Below are positions 45,344 to 53,053 of a stretch of 64,000 bases of DNA, one piece after another; within the stretch, counting starts at the first letter, position 1; every line of letters begins with the position of its first letter. The notes beneath the pieces were generated by a model that saw nothing but the letters and a program-made list of their open reading frames with translations, was not told the origin of the DNA and did no database searches. The stretch comes from Ruminococcus sp. (lineage in GTDB: Bacteria; Bacillota; Clostridia; Oscillospirales; Acutalibacteraceae). Position numbers and translations under genes: made by a program. Location: contig JAZTWD010000051.1 in the NCBI GenBank assembly GCA_045635685.1, forward strand, positions 83,222-147,221, read 5' to 3'.

Positions 45344-46558
45344 TTATTTGTTAAGAAATCTGTTCATAAGGGTGTAACCCTTTTCAACAAATACGCCTGT
45401 TTTCATGGCTTGAGCCTCGGTGAATTTTTCAACACCGGAGTTTATTTCAGCATTGCTTCTGTAAATAAGGTAGGGAACAGGTGTGCGTGAATGTGTCTTT
45501 GTGTTAAGAGGTGTGGGGTGATCAGGGCAAACAAGAACTGCAAAATCCTCATCCATACCCTTTAATGCTTCAACGATAGGAGTAAGCACTTTTTTGTCAA
45601 TAAGCTCAATTGACTTAACCTTGTTTTCTGCCTCAAATCTGTGGCCGCACTCATCAGGAGCTTCAACGTGAACATAAACAAGCTCAGCACCATTCTTGAA
45701 CTCTTCAATAGCGGCATTTGCCTTGCCCTCAAAGTTGGTGTCAATATAGCCTGTAGCACCATCTACATCTACGCTTCTCATTTTTGCACAGATTGCAATA
45801 CCCTTTAAAAGGTCAACTGCAGAAATCATACTGCCTGTAACGCCGTAAAGCTTCTCAAAAGAGTCAAGTAAAGGTTTTGTACCCTCACCCCAGAGCCAAA
45901 TAGAGTTAGCAGGACGCTTGCCACGGGCTTCTCTTTCTTTGTTAACGGGGTGGTCTTTTAAGAACTCGTAACTCTTTTTCATTAAAGGCAGAAGCTTTTC
46001 TTTTGCAACATCAGTAGGTAAGTATTCTTTAATAGCTTTGCCTGTAATGTCGTGGGGAGGAGTAAGCTTGCCGGGTTTAGCATTACCATTATCCCAAACA
46101 AGGCAATGTCTGTAAGAAACGCCTGAGTAGAACTTAAACTCTTCATCGCCAAGCTCCTCTTCAACAGTTTCAATAATTTTTCTTGCCTCTTCTGTAGAGA
46201 TATCATCAGCACAATAGTCAAGAATTGTTTTGTCTTCATAGTTTTCCTCGTCGGAAAGAGTTACAAGGTTACATCTGAAGGTGACGTCAGTGTCTTTAAG
46301 ATCGATACCGATACTTGCGGCTTCAAGAGGAGAACGACCGCTGTAATATTTCTTTGCATCATAGCCTAAAACTGCGAGGTTTGCAACATCAGAGCCAGGG
46401 CTCATACCGTCTTCAACCGTTCTTGCAAGTCCAACTTCGCCTGCTTTTGCAAGCTTTTCCATCATTGGTTTGTTGGCAAGCTCCATAGGAGTTTTACCGC
46501 CAAGTACTTCGCTTGGCTCGTCTGCCATACCGTCGCACAGCATTACAAGATATTTCAT
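45344..46558 (-). CDS. apgM: Cofactor-independent phosphoglycerate mutase, archaeal (ApgM) type
   Basis: LCDGMAD, KTPME, PGSDVANL, GRSPLEA, HVEAPDECGH, PDHPTP. Confidence 0.85.
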   Translation of the reverse strand: MKYLVMLCDGMADEPSEVLGGKTPMELANKPMMEKLAKAGEVGLARTVEDGMSPGSDVANLAVLGYDAKKYYSGRSPLEAASIGIDLKDTDVTFRCNLVTLSDEENYEDKTILDYCADDISTEEARKIIETVEEELGDEEFKFYSGVSYRHCLVWDNGNAKPGKLTPPHDITGKAIKEYLPTDVAKEKLLPLMKKSYEFLKDHPVNKEREARGKRPANSIWLWGEGTKPLLDSFEKLYGVTGSMISAVDLLKGIAICAKMRSVDVDGATGYIDTNFEGKANAAIEEFKNGAELVYVHVEAPDECGHRFEAENKVKSIELIDKKVLTPIVEALKGMDEDFAVLVCPDHPTPLNTKTHSRTPVPYLIYRSNAEINSGVEKFTEAQAMKTGVFVEKGYTLMNRFLNK

Positions 46559-46578
46559 ATATATTCTTCTTTCTGATT

Positions 46579-47700
46579 TTAGTTGTTCTGAATTTCACCC
46601 TGGCTTAATGCCTTGAGGTATGCGTTGATAAATCCGTCTAAATCGCCATCCATAACAGCGTTTATATTACCTGTTTCAAAGCCTGTGCGGTGGTCTTTAG
46701 CCATAGTGTAGGGCATAAATACATAGCTTCGGATCTGGCTGCCCCAAGTGATTTCTTTCTGAACGCCCTTGATGTCAGAAATCTTCTCTAAATGTTGTTG
46801 TTCCTTGATTTCAACAAGCTTTGAAATAAGCATCTTCATAGCCACATCACGGTTCTGATACTGGCTTCTCTCAACCTGAGAAGCAACAACGATACCTGTG
46901 GGAATATGGGTAAGACGAACAGCAGAGGAGGTTTTATTAACCTTCTGACCGCCTGCACCTGATGCACGATAAACGTCCATCTTGATTTCTTCTGGCGGAA
47001 TAACAACAGAAGTGTCCTCTTCGATTTCAGGCATAACCTCAAGTGAAGAGAAGCTTGTGTGTCTTCTGCCGGCAGAGTCAAAGGGAGAAACTCTTACCAG
47101 ACGGTGAACACCTGCTTCACTCTTAAGGTAACCGTAGGCATTTTCGCCCTCAATTAAAAGCACAGCACTTTTAAGGCCGGCCTCATCACCGTCAAGGTAG
47201 TCAACTTCCTTGACATTAAAGCCGTGAGCCTGAGCCCAACGGGTATACATTCTGTAAAGCATCTGAGCCCAGTCCTGAGCCTCAGTGCCGCCTGAACCTG
47301 CGTGGAAGGTGAGAATAGCGTTGTTTTTGTCATATTCACCTGTTAAAAGTGTCTGAAGTCTCTGCTTTGCAACACTTCTTTCAACACTTTCAACGTCAGC
47401 CACAGCTTCTTCCAGTAAGCTTTCGTCCTCTTCTTCGTCGCCAAGTTCAATTAAAGCCATAGTGTCTTCATAAAGAGCGTGAAGCTTTTCATATTCCTCA
47501 ACCTTTGCCTTAAGGTTGCTGGTACGCTGTAATACTTTCTGAGAATTCTCAAGGTCATCCCAGAATCCTGGTTCAGCCGCACGATGCTCTAACTGTTCGA
47601 TTTCAGAACGCATTGCCTTTAAGCCTAATGCGTCTGCCAAATCATCAATATCAGCTTTGGAGCCCTCAAGTCTCAACTTTAATTCCTCAAACTGAAGCAT
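46579..47700 (-). CDS. prfB: Peptide chain release factor 2, continuous ORF
   Basis: SPF specificity tripeptide (RVSPFD), GGQ motif, WGSQIRSYV. No internal stop. Confidence 0.96.
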   Translation of the reverse strand: MLQFEELKLRLEGSKADIDDLADALGLKAMRSEIEQLEHRAAEPGFWDDLENSQKVLQRTSNLKAKVEEYEKLHALYEDTMALIELGDEEEDESLLEEAVADVESVERSVAKQRLQTLLTGEYDKNNAILTFHAGSGGTEAQDWAQMLYRMYTRWAQAHGFNVKEVDYLDGDEAGLKSAVLLIEGENAYGYLKSEAGVHRLVRVSPFDSAGRRHTSFSSLEVMPEIEEDTSVVIPPEEIKMDVYRASGAGGQKVNKTSSAVRLTHIPTGIVVASQVERSQYQNRDVAMKMLISKLVEIKEQQHLEKISDIKGVQKEITWGSQIRSYVFMPYTMAKDHRTGFETGNINAVMDGDLDGFINAYLKALSQGEIQNN

Positions 47701-47795
47701 AAAAATACCTCTCTTTAAATCAAACTCATAATATTATACCGCAAACTCCATAAAATGTAAACAGAATATATTTGTTAAACTGTCAAATAATTTTG

Positions 47796-47824
47796 TTGAT
47801 TTAAAGGATATTATTTGTTATAAT
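47796..47824 (+). promoter_or_regulatory. Sigma-A promoter
   Basis: TTGATT-17 bp-TATAAT. Confidence 0.65.
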
Positions 47825-47841
47825 ACTAAAAGGTGATTAAA

Positions 47842-48837
47842 ATGGATTATAAAGGACACGTATGTCCCGTATGTAACAAGACCTTCGAAAAAGGCGACGA
47901 TGTGGTTGTTTGCCCTATCTGCGGCACACCTCACCATCGAGCTTGCTACGAAGAAATTGGTCATTGCATAAATTTAAACCGACACCGTGAAAATTATGAT
48001 TACAGACGTGAATGCGAAGTGAATTCTGTCCAGGATGAAGAAATCACCTGTAGCTTTTGTGGTGCGAAAAATCCTAAGGACAGTAAATTCTGCAATTTTT
48101 GCGGCAGACAAATAGGTGAAAATAACGCTTATTCCGCTACATCTAATGCAGAGCAGACCGCTAACCCTCAGGGTGGCTTCGGCGGTGCCTTTTTTATGGA
48201 CCCCTTAGGCGGTGTTAAGGCAGATGAAGACTTGGGTCAGGGTGTTAAAGCATCTGATGCGGCAAAGTATGTAAAGGCTTCAACCCCTCATTATATTCCT
48301 CAATTTAAGCAAATGAAAGAAAAGGGAAGAGCCAGATTTTCCTTTGTAGGGTTCTTTTTCGGCGGCGGTTGGATGCTTTACCGAAAAATGTACAAAGTCG
48401 GCATTGTAGTCTGTTTACTTATGGCTCTGCTTCTTTTTGGTGATTTGTATACTGCGGTATATCATAGCGAGGCTGTTAAAGCTATTGATACAGCATATAC
48501 CGAAATGTATTCAGGTATGATGCAAAATTACGGCCTGAATTTTTACGGTGCATTAGGCGATTTTTTTGCTTCATTAAGCACAGAGCAGCTTGTTATCTGC
48601 ATAACAAGAACCGTTATAAGCCTTTTAAACATACTTTTAAGGGTTATTTGCGGAATTTTTGGCAATCGATGGTATTATAAACATACCATTAAAAATATCA
48701 GTAAAATCAAAACCACCTCAGCCTCTCAGCAGGAGGTTGATACAAAGCTTAACACCAAGGGTGGTGTTAATGTACCCCTGGCTATTAGCTTAATAGCTTC
48801 CTACTACATCATTATTTATTTACCGATGTTTATTTAA
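47842..48837 (+). CDS. RING-finger + zinc-ribbon + DUF2628-like membrane protein
   Basis: CPVC-x12-CPIC-GTP-HHRAC-x6-C. CSFC-x10-CNFC ribbon. FFFGGGWMLYRKMY DUF2628-like motif. Three hydrophobic segments. Confidence 0.7.
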   Translation: MDYKGHVCPVCNKTFEKGDDVVVCPICGTPHHRACYEEIGHCINLNRHRENYDYRRECEVNSVQDEEITCSFCGAKNPKDSKFCNFCGRQIGENNAYSATSNAEQTANPQGGFGGAFFMDPLGGVKADEDLGQGVKASDAAKYVKASTPHYIPQFKQMKEKGRARFSFVGFFFGGGWMLYRKMYKVGIVVCLLMALLLFGDLYTAVYHSEAVKAIDTAYTEMYSGMMQNYGLNFYGALGDFFASLSTEQLVICITRTVISLLNILLRVICGIFGNRWYYKHTIKNISKIKTTSASQQEVDTKLNTKGGVNVPLAISLIASYYIIIYLPMFI

Positions 48838-48853
48838 CTTAAGAGGTGCAATT

Positions 48854-49729
48854 ATGAAAATCACAAAAGCTGTTATTCCCGCCGCCGGTTTAGGCACAAG
48901 GGTTTTACCCGCAACCAAAGTTATGCCTAAGGAAATGCTTCCTATTGTTGACAAGCCTGCAATTCAGTATATTGTAGAGGAAGCCGCAGCTTCAGGTATT
49001 ACAGATATTCTTATTATTACAAACCGTGGCAAGGGTTTTATCGAAGACCATTTCGACAAAGCTCCTGTTCTTCAAGGTGTATTAGAGCAGGACGGCAAAG
49101 ACGACCTGCTTGCAACTATTAAGGATTTAGACAAGCTTGCCAATATCCACTACATACGCCAGATTGATACCTTAGGTCTCGGCCACGCAATCAGCAAGGC
49201 AAAGTCCTTCGTATGCGGCGAACCATTTGCAGTTCTTTACGGTGATGATGTTGTGGTAGGCGGCGAAAAGCCTGCTACCAAAGAGCTTATCGATGCTTAC
49301 GGCACATACGGTAAGGGCGTTTTAGGTATTAAGCCTGTAAGCAAAGAAGCAATCCGCAGTTACAGCTCTGTTAAGGTTGAAAACATAAAGGATAACATTT
49401 TTAAATGTACCGATATGATTGAAAAGCCTCAGACTGATGCCGAAGTACTTTCTCTGTATTCTATTCTGGGCAGATGTGTACTGCCTCCCGAGATTTTTGA
49501 TATTCTTGCTCATACCAAGCCCGGTGCAAAAAACGAAATTCAGCTTACCGATGCAATGCGTGAGCTTGCCATTACCGAGGGTATGACAGCGGTTGAGTAC
49601 ACAGGTACCCGCTATGATATCGGCAACAAGTTCGGCATTATGCAGGCGGCTATCGAAATCGGCTTAAACCATCCCGAAATCGGCACCACCTTAAGAGAGT
49701 ATCTTAAAAATTTTGCAAAAACTTTATAA
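48854..49729 (+). CDS. galU: UTP-glucose-1-phosphate uridylyltransferase
   Basis: KAVIPAAGLGTRVLPATK..PKEMLPIVDKP, GLGHAI, EIQLTDA. Confidence 0.95.
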   Translation: MKITKAVIPAAGLGTRVLPATKVMPKEMLPIVDKPAIQYIVEEAAASGITDILIITNRGKGFIEDHFDKAPVLQGVLEQDGKDDLLATIKDLDKLANIHYIRQIDTLGLGHAISKAKSFVCGEPFAVLYGDDVVVGGEKPATKELIDAYGTYGKGVLGIKPVSKEAIRSYSSVKVENIKDNIFKCTDMIEKPQTDAEVLSLYSILGRCVLPPEIFDILAHTKPGAKNEIQLTDAMRELAITEGMTAVEYTGTRYDIGNKFGIMQAAIEIGLNHPEIGTTLREYLKNFAKTL

Positions 49730-49768
49730 TTAAGTGAATTTTCTGCTTTTGAAAGGAGCATACATAAT

Positions 49769-50041
49769 ATGAAAGCAGTTATTACAGTTTTAGGTAAGGA
49801 TACTGTGGGTATTCTTGCAAAGGTCTCTTCATTCTGTGCAGAGAGAAATATGAACGTTGTAGAGGTAACTCAGAGCGTTCTTCAGGATATGTTCGCAATG
49901 GTAATGCTTGTGGAGCTTGACCGTGCAAACGTTCCCTCTTTTGAAAAGCTCAATGCTGATTTTGATGCCTTAGGTCAGTCCATAGGCACTAAAATTCACA
50001 TTATGCATGAAGATATCTTCAATAGCATGCATAAGATTTGA
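49769..50041 (+). CDS. ACT-domain protein (UPF0237)
   Basis: MKAVITVLGKDTVGI...MHEDIFNSMHKI. Confidence 0.85.
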   Translation: MKAVITVLGKDTVGILAKVSSFCAERNMNVVEVTQSVLQDMFAMVMLVELDRANVPSFEKLNADFDALGQSIGTKIHIMHEDIFNSMHKI

Positions 50042-50049
50042 GGTAAACC

Positions 50050-51408
50050 ATGTTAGAAACCAAAGATATTTTAGAAACTATAAATATGATTGAAAACGAG
50101 CATCTTGATGTCCGTACCGTAACTATGGGTATCAGCCTGCTCGATTGTATCGACAGCGACATTAACAAGGCCTGCGATAAGGTTTACGACAAAATCTGCC
50201 GCTATGCAGAGGACCTTGTAGATACAGCTAATGACATTTCAAACGAGTACGGTATTCCGATTATCAACAAGCGAATTTCCGTAACTCCCATTGCAAACAT
50301 CGCTGCTGCATGCCAGAACAGCGGCGTGGTAAAGTTTGCTCATACCCTTGATAAAGCTGCCGCAACCTTAGGCGTAGATTTTATCGGCGGTTATTCAGCC
50401 TTAGTTCAGAAGGGCTTTGCCGCAGGCGACTTTGCTCTTATCGAAAGCATTCCTCAGGCTCTTGCCGAAACTAAAAAGGTTTGCTCATCTGTAAATATCG
50501 GCTCAACAAAAGCAGGTATCAATATGGATGCAGTAAAGATGATGGGTAAGGCTATTAAGTCTGCCGCCGAGCTTACTGCTGATAATAACTGCCTTGGTGC
50601 CGCTAAGCTTGTTGTTTTCTGTAATGCTCCTGAGGATAACCCCTTTATGGCAGGTGCTTTCCACGGTGTAGGCGAGGCTGACTGCGTAATCAACGTTGGT
50701 GTTTCAGGCCCCGGAGTTGTGCGTGCCGCTCTTACAAAGTGCGACGGCTACGACTTAAGCAGAGTTGCTGATGAAATCAAGCGTACAGCTTTTAAGATTA
50801 CAAGAATGGGTCAGCTTGTTGCTCAGCAGGCTTCCAAGCGTCTGTGCGTACCATTCGGTATCGTTGACCTTTCCTTGGCTCCTACTCCTGCAGTAGGCGA
50901 CTCAGTTGCTTACATCCTTGAGGAAATGGGTCTGGAGGTTTGCGGTTGCCACGGTACAACTGCTGCTTTGGCTCTCCTAAACGATGCAGTTAAGAAAGGC
51001 GGCGTAATGGCTTCTTCTCATGTTGGCGGTCTTTCAGGTGCATTTATTCCGGTTTCTGAGGATGCAGGTATGATTCACGCTGCCGAGGTTGGTGCTCTTG
51101 ACATTACAAAGCTTGAGGCTATGACTGCAGTTTGCTCAGTTGGTCTTGATATGATTATTATTCCCGGCGACACATCTGCCGAGGTTATCTCTGCAATTAT
51201 TGCTGACGAAGCCGCAATCGGTATGGTTAACTCAAAAACAACTGCTGTTCGTCTTATTCCTGCAATCGGTAAGGGAGTAGGGGACACTCTTGATTTTGGC
51301 GGACTTCTTGGCTACGGCCCTGTAATGCCTGTAAGAAGCGGTTCTCCTGCAAAGTTTATCAACCGCCGCGGAAGAATTCCTGCACCTATGCAGAGCCTCA
51401 AAAACTGA
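50050..51408 (+). CDS. UPF0210/DUF711 PFL-like family protein
   Basis: [55 protein letters not shown]. Confidence 0.88.
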   Translation: MLETKDILETINMIENEHLDVRTVTMGISLLDCIDSDINKACDKVYDKICRYAEDLVDTANDISNEYGIPIINKRISVTPIANIAAACQNSGVVKFAHTLDKAAATLGVDFIGGYSALVQKGFAAGDFALIESIPQALAETKKVCSSVNIGSTKAGINMDAVKMMGKAIKSAAELTADNNCLGAAKLVVFCNAPEDNPFMAGAFHGVGEADCVINVGVSGPGVVRAALTKCDGYDLSRVADEIKRTAFKITRMGQLVAQQASKRLCVPFGIVDLSLAPTPAVGDSVAYILEEMGLEVCGCHGTTAALALLNDAVKKGGVMASSHVGGLSGAFIPVSEDAGMIHAAEVGALDITKLEAMTAVCSVGLDMIIIPGDTSAEVISAIIADEAAIGMVNSKTTAVRLIPAIGKGVGDTLDFGGLLGYGPVMPVRSGSPAKFINRRGRIPAPMQSLKN

Positions 51409-51478
51409 TTTTCGTCATTTTATTTATTATTTTTTTAAAATTCTTTCAAATTCCGTTAATTTGATGGGTTTAAAAGTA

Positions 51479-51507
51479 TTGACAAAATCTTCATATTAAT
51501 ATATAAT
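51479..51507 (+). promoter_or_regulatory. Sigma-A promoter of tRNA cluster
   Basis: TTGACA-17 bp-TATAAT. Confidence 0.85.
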
Positions 51508-51538
51508 AATCAGGCTGTGATTTTTCATAGCCTAACAC

Positions 51539-51615
51539 GCGTCAATAGCTCAGCAGGATAGAGCAACTGCCTTCTAAGCAGTAGGTCCGGGGTTCGAGTC
51601 CCTGTTGGCGCGCCA
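51539..51615 (+). tRNA. tRNA-Arg (TCT)
   Basis: Full cloverleaf, anticodon loop CTTCTAA, encoded CCA. Confidence 0.95.
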
Positions 51616-51618
51616 TAT

Positions 51619-51696
51619 GGTGACTATAGCTTAGTTGGTTAAAGCGCCAGGTTGTGGCCCTGGAGACCGCCGGTTCGAATCCGGCTAGCCACCCCA
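51619..51696 (+). tRNA. tRNA-His (GTG)
   Basis: G-1 present, loop TTGTGGC, C discriminator, CCA. One A-C mismatch in acceptor stem. Confidence 0.93.
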
Positions 51697-51699
51697 CCT

Positions 51700-51775
51700 G
51701 ATCCATTAGCTCAGTTGGCAGAGCACTTGACTTTTAATCAAGGTGTCCGGAGTTCGAATCTCCGATGGATCACCA
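51700..51775 (+). tRNA. tRNA-Lys (TTT)
   Basis: Cloverleaf, loop CTTTTAA, CCA. Confidence 0.95.
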
Positions 51776-51776
51776 A

Positions 51777-51812
51777 AAAGACAGACTTCTTCTGAAGCCT
51801 GTCTTTTTTATT
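51777..51812 (+). terminator. Terminator after tRNA cluster
   Basis: AAAGACAGACTTC/GAAGCCTGTCTTT stem plus T-run. Confidence 0.8.
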
Positions 51813-51871
51813 TTTCTTTCTCTTGATTTTTAAACGTGGTTATGGTAATATATACAAGTTGTTAAATATAT

Positions 51872-51947
51872 TGGGCTGTAGCCAAGCGGTAAGGCAACGG
51901 ACTTTGACTCCGTCATCCCGTGGGTTCGAATCCCGCCAGCCCAGCCA
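51872..51947 (+). tRNA. tRNA-Gln (TTG)
   Basis: Cloverleaf TGGGCTG/CAGCCCA, loop CTTTGAC, CCA. Confidence 0.94.
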
Positions 51948-51981
51948 AAAAAATCTCTCGTACAAAGTACGGGAGATTTTT
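51948..51981 (+). terminator. Terminator after tRNA-Gln
   Basis: AAAAATCTCTCGTAC/GTACGGGAGATTTTT. Confidence 0.8.
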
Positions 51982-51984
51982 ACT

Positions 51985-52346
51985 ATGAATGCGGAATTCG
52001 TACCCTGATAGGGTGAGCAACGTTAAGGAAACAGTCCTCAGAGCTGTTTCCTTAAGGCTCTTTTGATTCCCTTTATACGTAGGCGTAATAAAAAACAGGG
52101 TACCCATTTGGGTACCCTGTTTTTTGTGGAGCGGATGAAGTATCTTCGTCTTAAAAGAGAGCATCATCTCGCCTGGTAATTCGCATAGTAGGGAAGAAGC
52201 GACTTAAATCCACGACCTAAAAATGTACCACCGGCACATTTTTTTACGGTCTTTCGATTCACTTCATCCTACGATAAAATAAAAAATAACGGTACCCTCT
52301 TAAAGGGTACCGTTATTTATTTGTGGAGCGGATGAAGGGAATCGAA
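51985..52346 (-). repeat. Two degenerate tandem units downstream of tRNA-Gly, each with tRNA 3'-end copy, GGTACCC hairpin, inverted T-arm copy and second hairpin
   Basis: 18-bp direct repeat TTTGTGGAGCGGATGAAG at 52123-52140 and 52320-52337 (197 bp apart). Related hairpins at 52090-52125 and 52284-52318. Hairpins at 52023-52055 and 52219-52243. Inverted T-arm-like TTCGATTCACTTCATCC at 52253-52269 and TTGATTCCCTT at 52063-52073. Confidence 0.8.
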
Positions 52347-52397
52347 CCCTCACGATCAGCTTGGAAGGCTGAAGTTCTACCACTAAACTACATCCGC
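52324..52397 (-). tRNA. tRNA-Gly (TCC)
   Basis: Reverse complement GCGGATG...CTTCCAA...CATCCGCTCCA, 74 nt cloverleaf. Confidence 0.95.
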
Positions 52398-52415
52398 ACA
52401 TCGTCAACGCCAATG

Positions 52416-52445
52416 ATTATATCATAACGTTAACTCGTTTGTCAA
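52416..52445 (-). promoter_or_regulatory. Sigma-A promoter for tRNA-Gly
   Basis: Minus strand TTGACA-18 bp-TATAAT with extended TG. Confidence 0.7.
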
Positions 52446-52462
52446 CAAAAATTATGTCAGAT

Positions 52463-52864
52463 TTACTGCTGGCTACCGTCGATTCTGTAAATGTTCTGAG
52501 AATCAATATCAATATTAGGAATAATAATAGGCTTAATTCCTGCATTAGCTGTCACAGTTGTAACCAGAGCCTTAACATAGGGGTAAAGAATCTTAAAGCT
52601 TTCGGTGTGTATCATTTCCTTGGTAGCTCCTGCGGCATAAGAAAAAATACCCACAACCACTACTTTAATGTTAAGCTTCTTATCGTCAGAAGTGTCGCCT
52701 GTTTCAACCTCGAACTCGCCACGGCAGATGTTGCCCTGACCGTCTTTTGGGTACTTAACATTATAAGAAAATTTGTTTCCTATTTTAATCTGCACGTTGG
52801 GGTCAAGTCGATTAAAGAAATTAATATCAGAAACTGTGTATGCTTTAAGCTCGCAACAAGCCAT
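52463..52864 (-). CDS. SecB-like chaperone
   Basis: 133 aa with beta-rich N-terminal half and C-terminal ILYPYVKALVTTVTANAGIKPIIIPNID, matching the SecB-fold helix/polyproline motif. Confidence 0.65.
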   Translation of the reverse strand: MACCELKAYTVSDINFFNRLDPNVQIKIGNKFSYNVKYPKDGQGNICRGEFEVETGDTSDDKKLNIKVVVVGIFSYAAGATKEMIHTESFKILYPYVKALVTTVTANAGIKPIIIPNIDIDSQNIYRIDGSQQ

Positions 52865-52977
52865 GAAAACATCTCCTCAATAGGTAAATTTTGCTTAAAT
52901 TATAGCACAATGCTACAAAAAAGCAATATACTAAAATTATATTTCTACATTGTTTTAAAAAAATATTAATATTTCTC

Positions 52978-53006
52978 TTGATTTTCTGTTTTTATAGTAG
53001 TATAAT
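52978..53006 (+). promoter_or_regulatory. Sigma-A promoter for dockerin gene, divergent from SecB-like promoter
   Basis: TTGATT-17 bp-TATAAT. On the minus strand TTGCTT-16 bp-TATAAT at 52899-52926 serves the SecB-like gene. Confidence 0.7.
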
Positions 53007-53053
53007 AGACCAAGCAGTTTATTCTGTAAAAATTATGTTAGGAGATGAAAACT

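Noticed and set aside
50050-51408. Second pyruvate formate-lyase
   Set aside because: UPF0210 family. It lacks the RVxG glycyl-radical motif and has no activase.
51619-51696. A-C mismatch in tRNA-His acceptor stem
   Set aside because: A single mismatch with all identity elements intact is not evidence of pseudogenisation.
51823-52167. Short ORFs across tRNA-Gln and the repeat region
   Set aside because: They overlap a tRNA and hairpins and have no protein-like features.
52123-52337. attL/attR-bounded genomic island or prophage at tRNA-Gly
   Set aside because: Direct repeats are only 197 bp apart with no integrase or cargo. Reported as a repeat element instead.
52439-52969. 176-aa plus-strand ORF
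   Set aside because: Antisense to the SecB-like gene, which has the RBS, promoter and recognisable motif.
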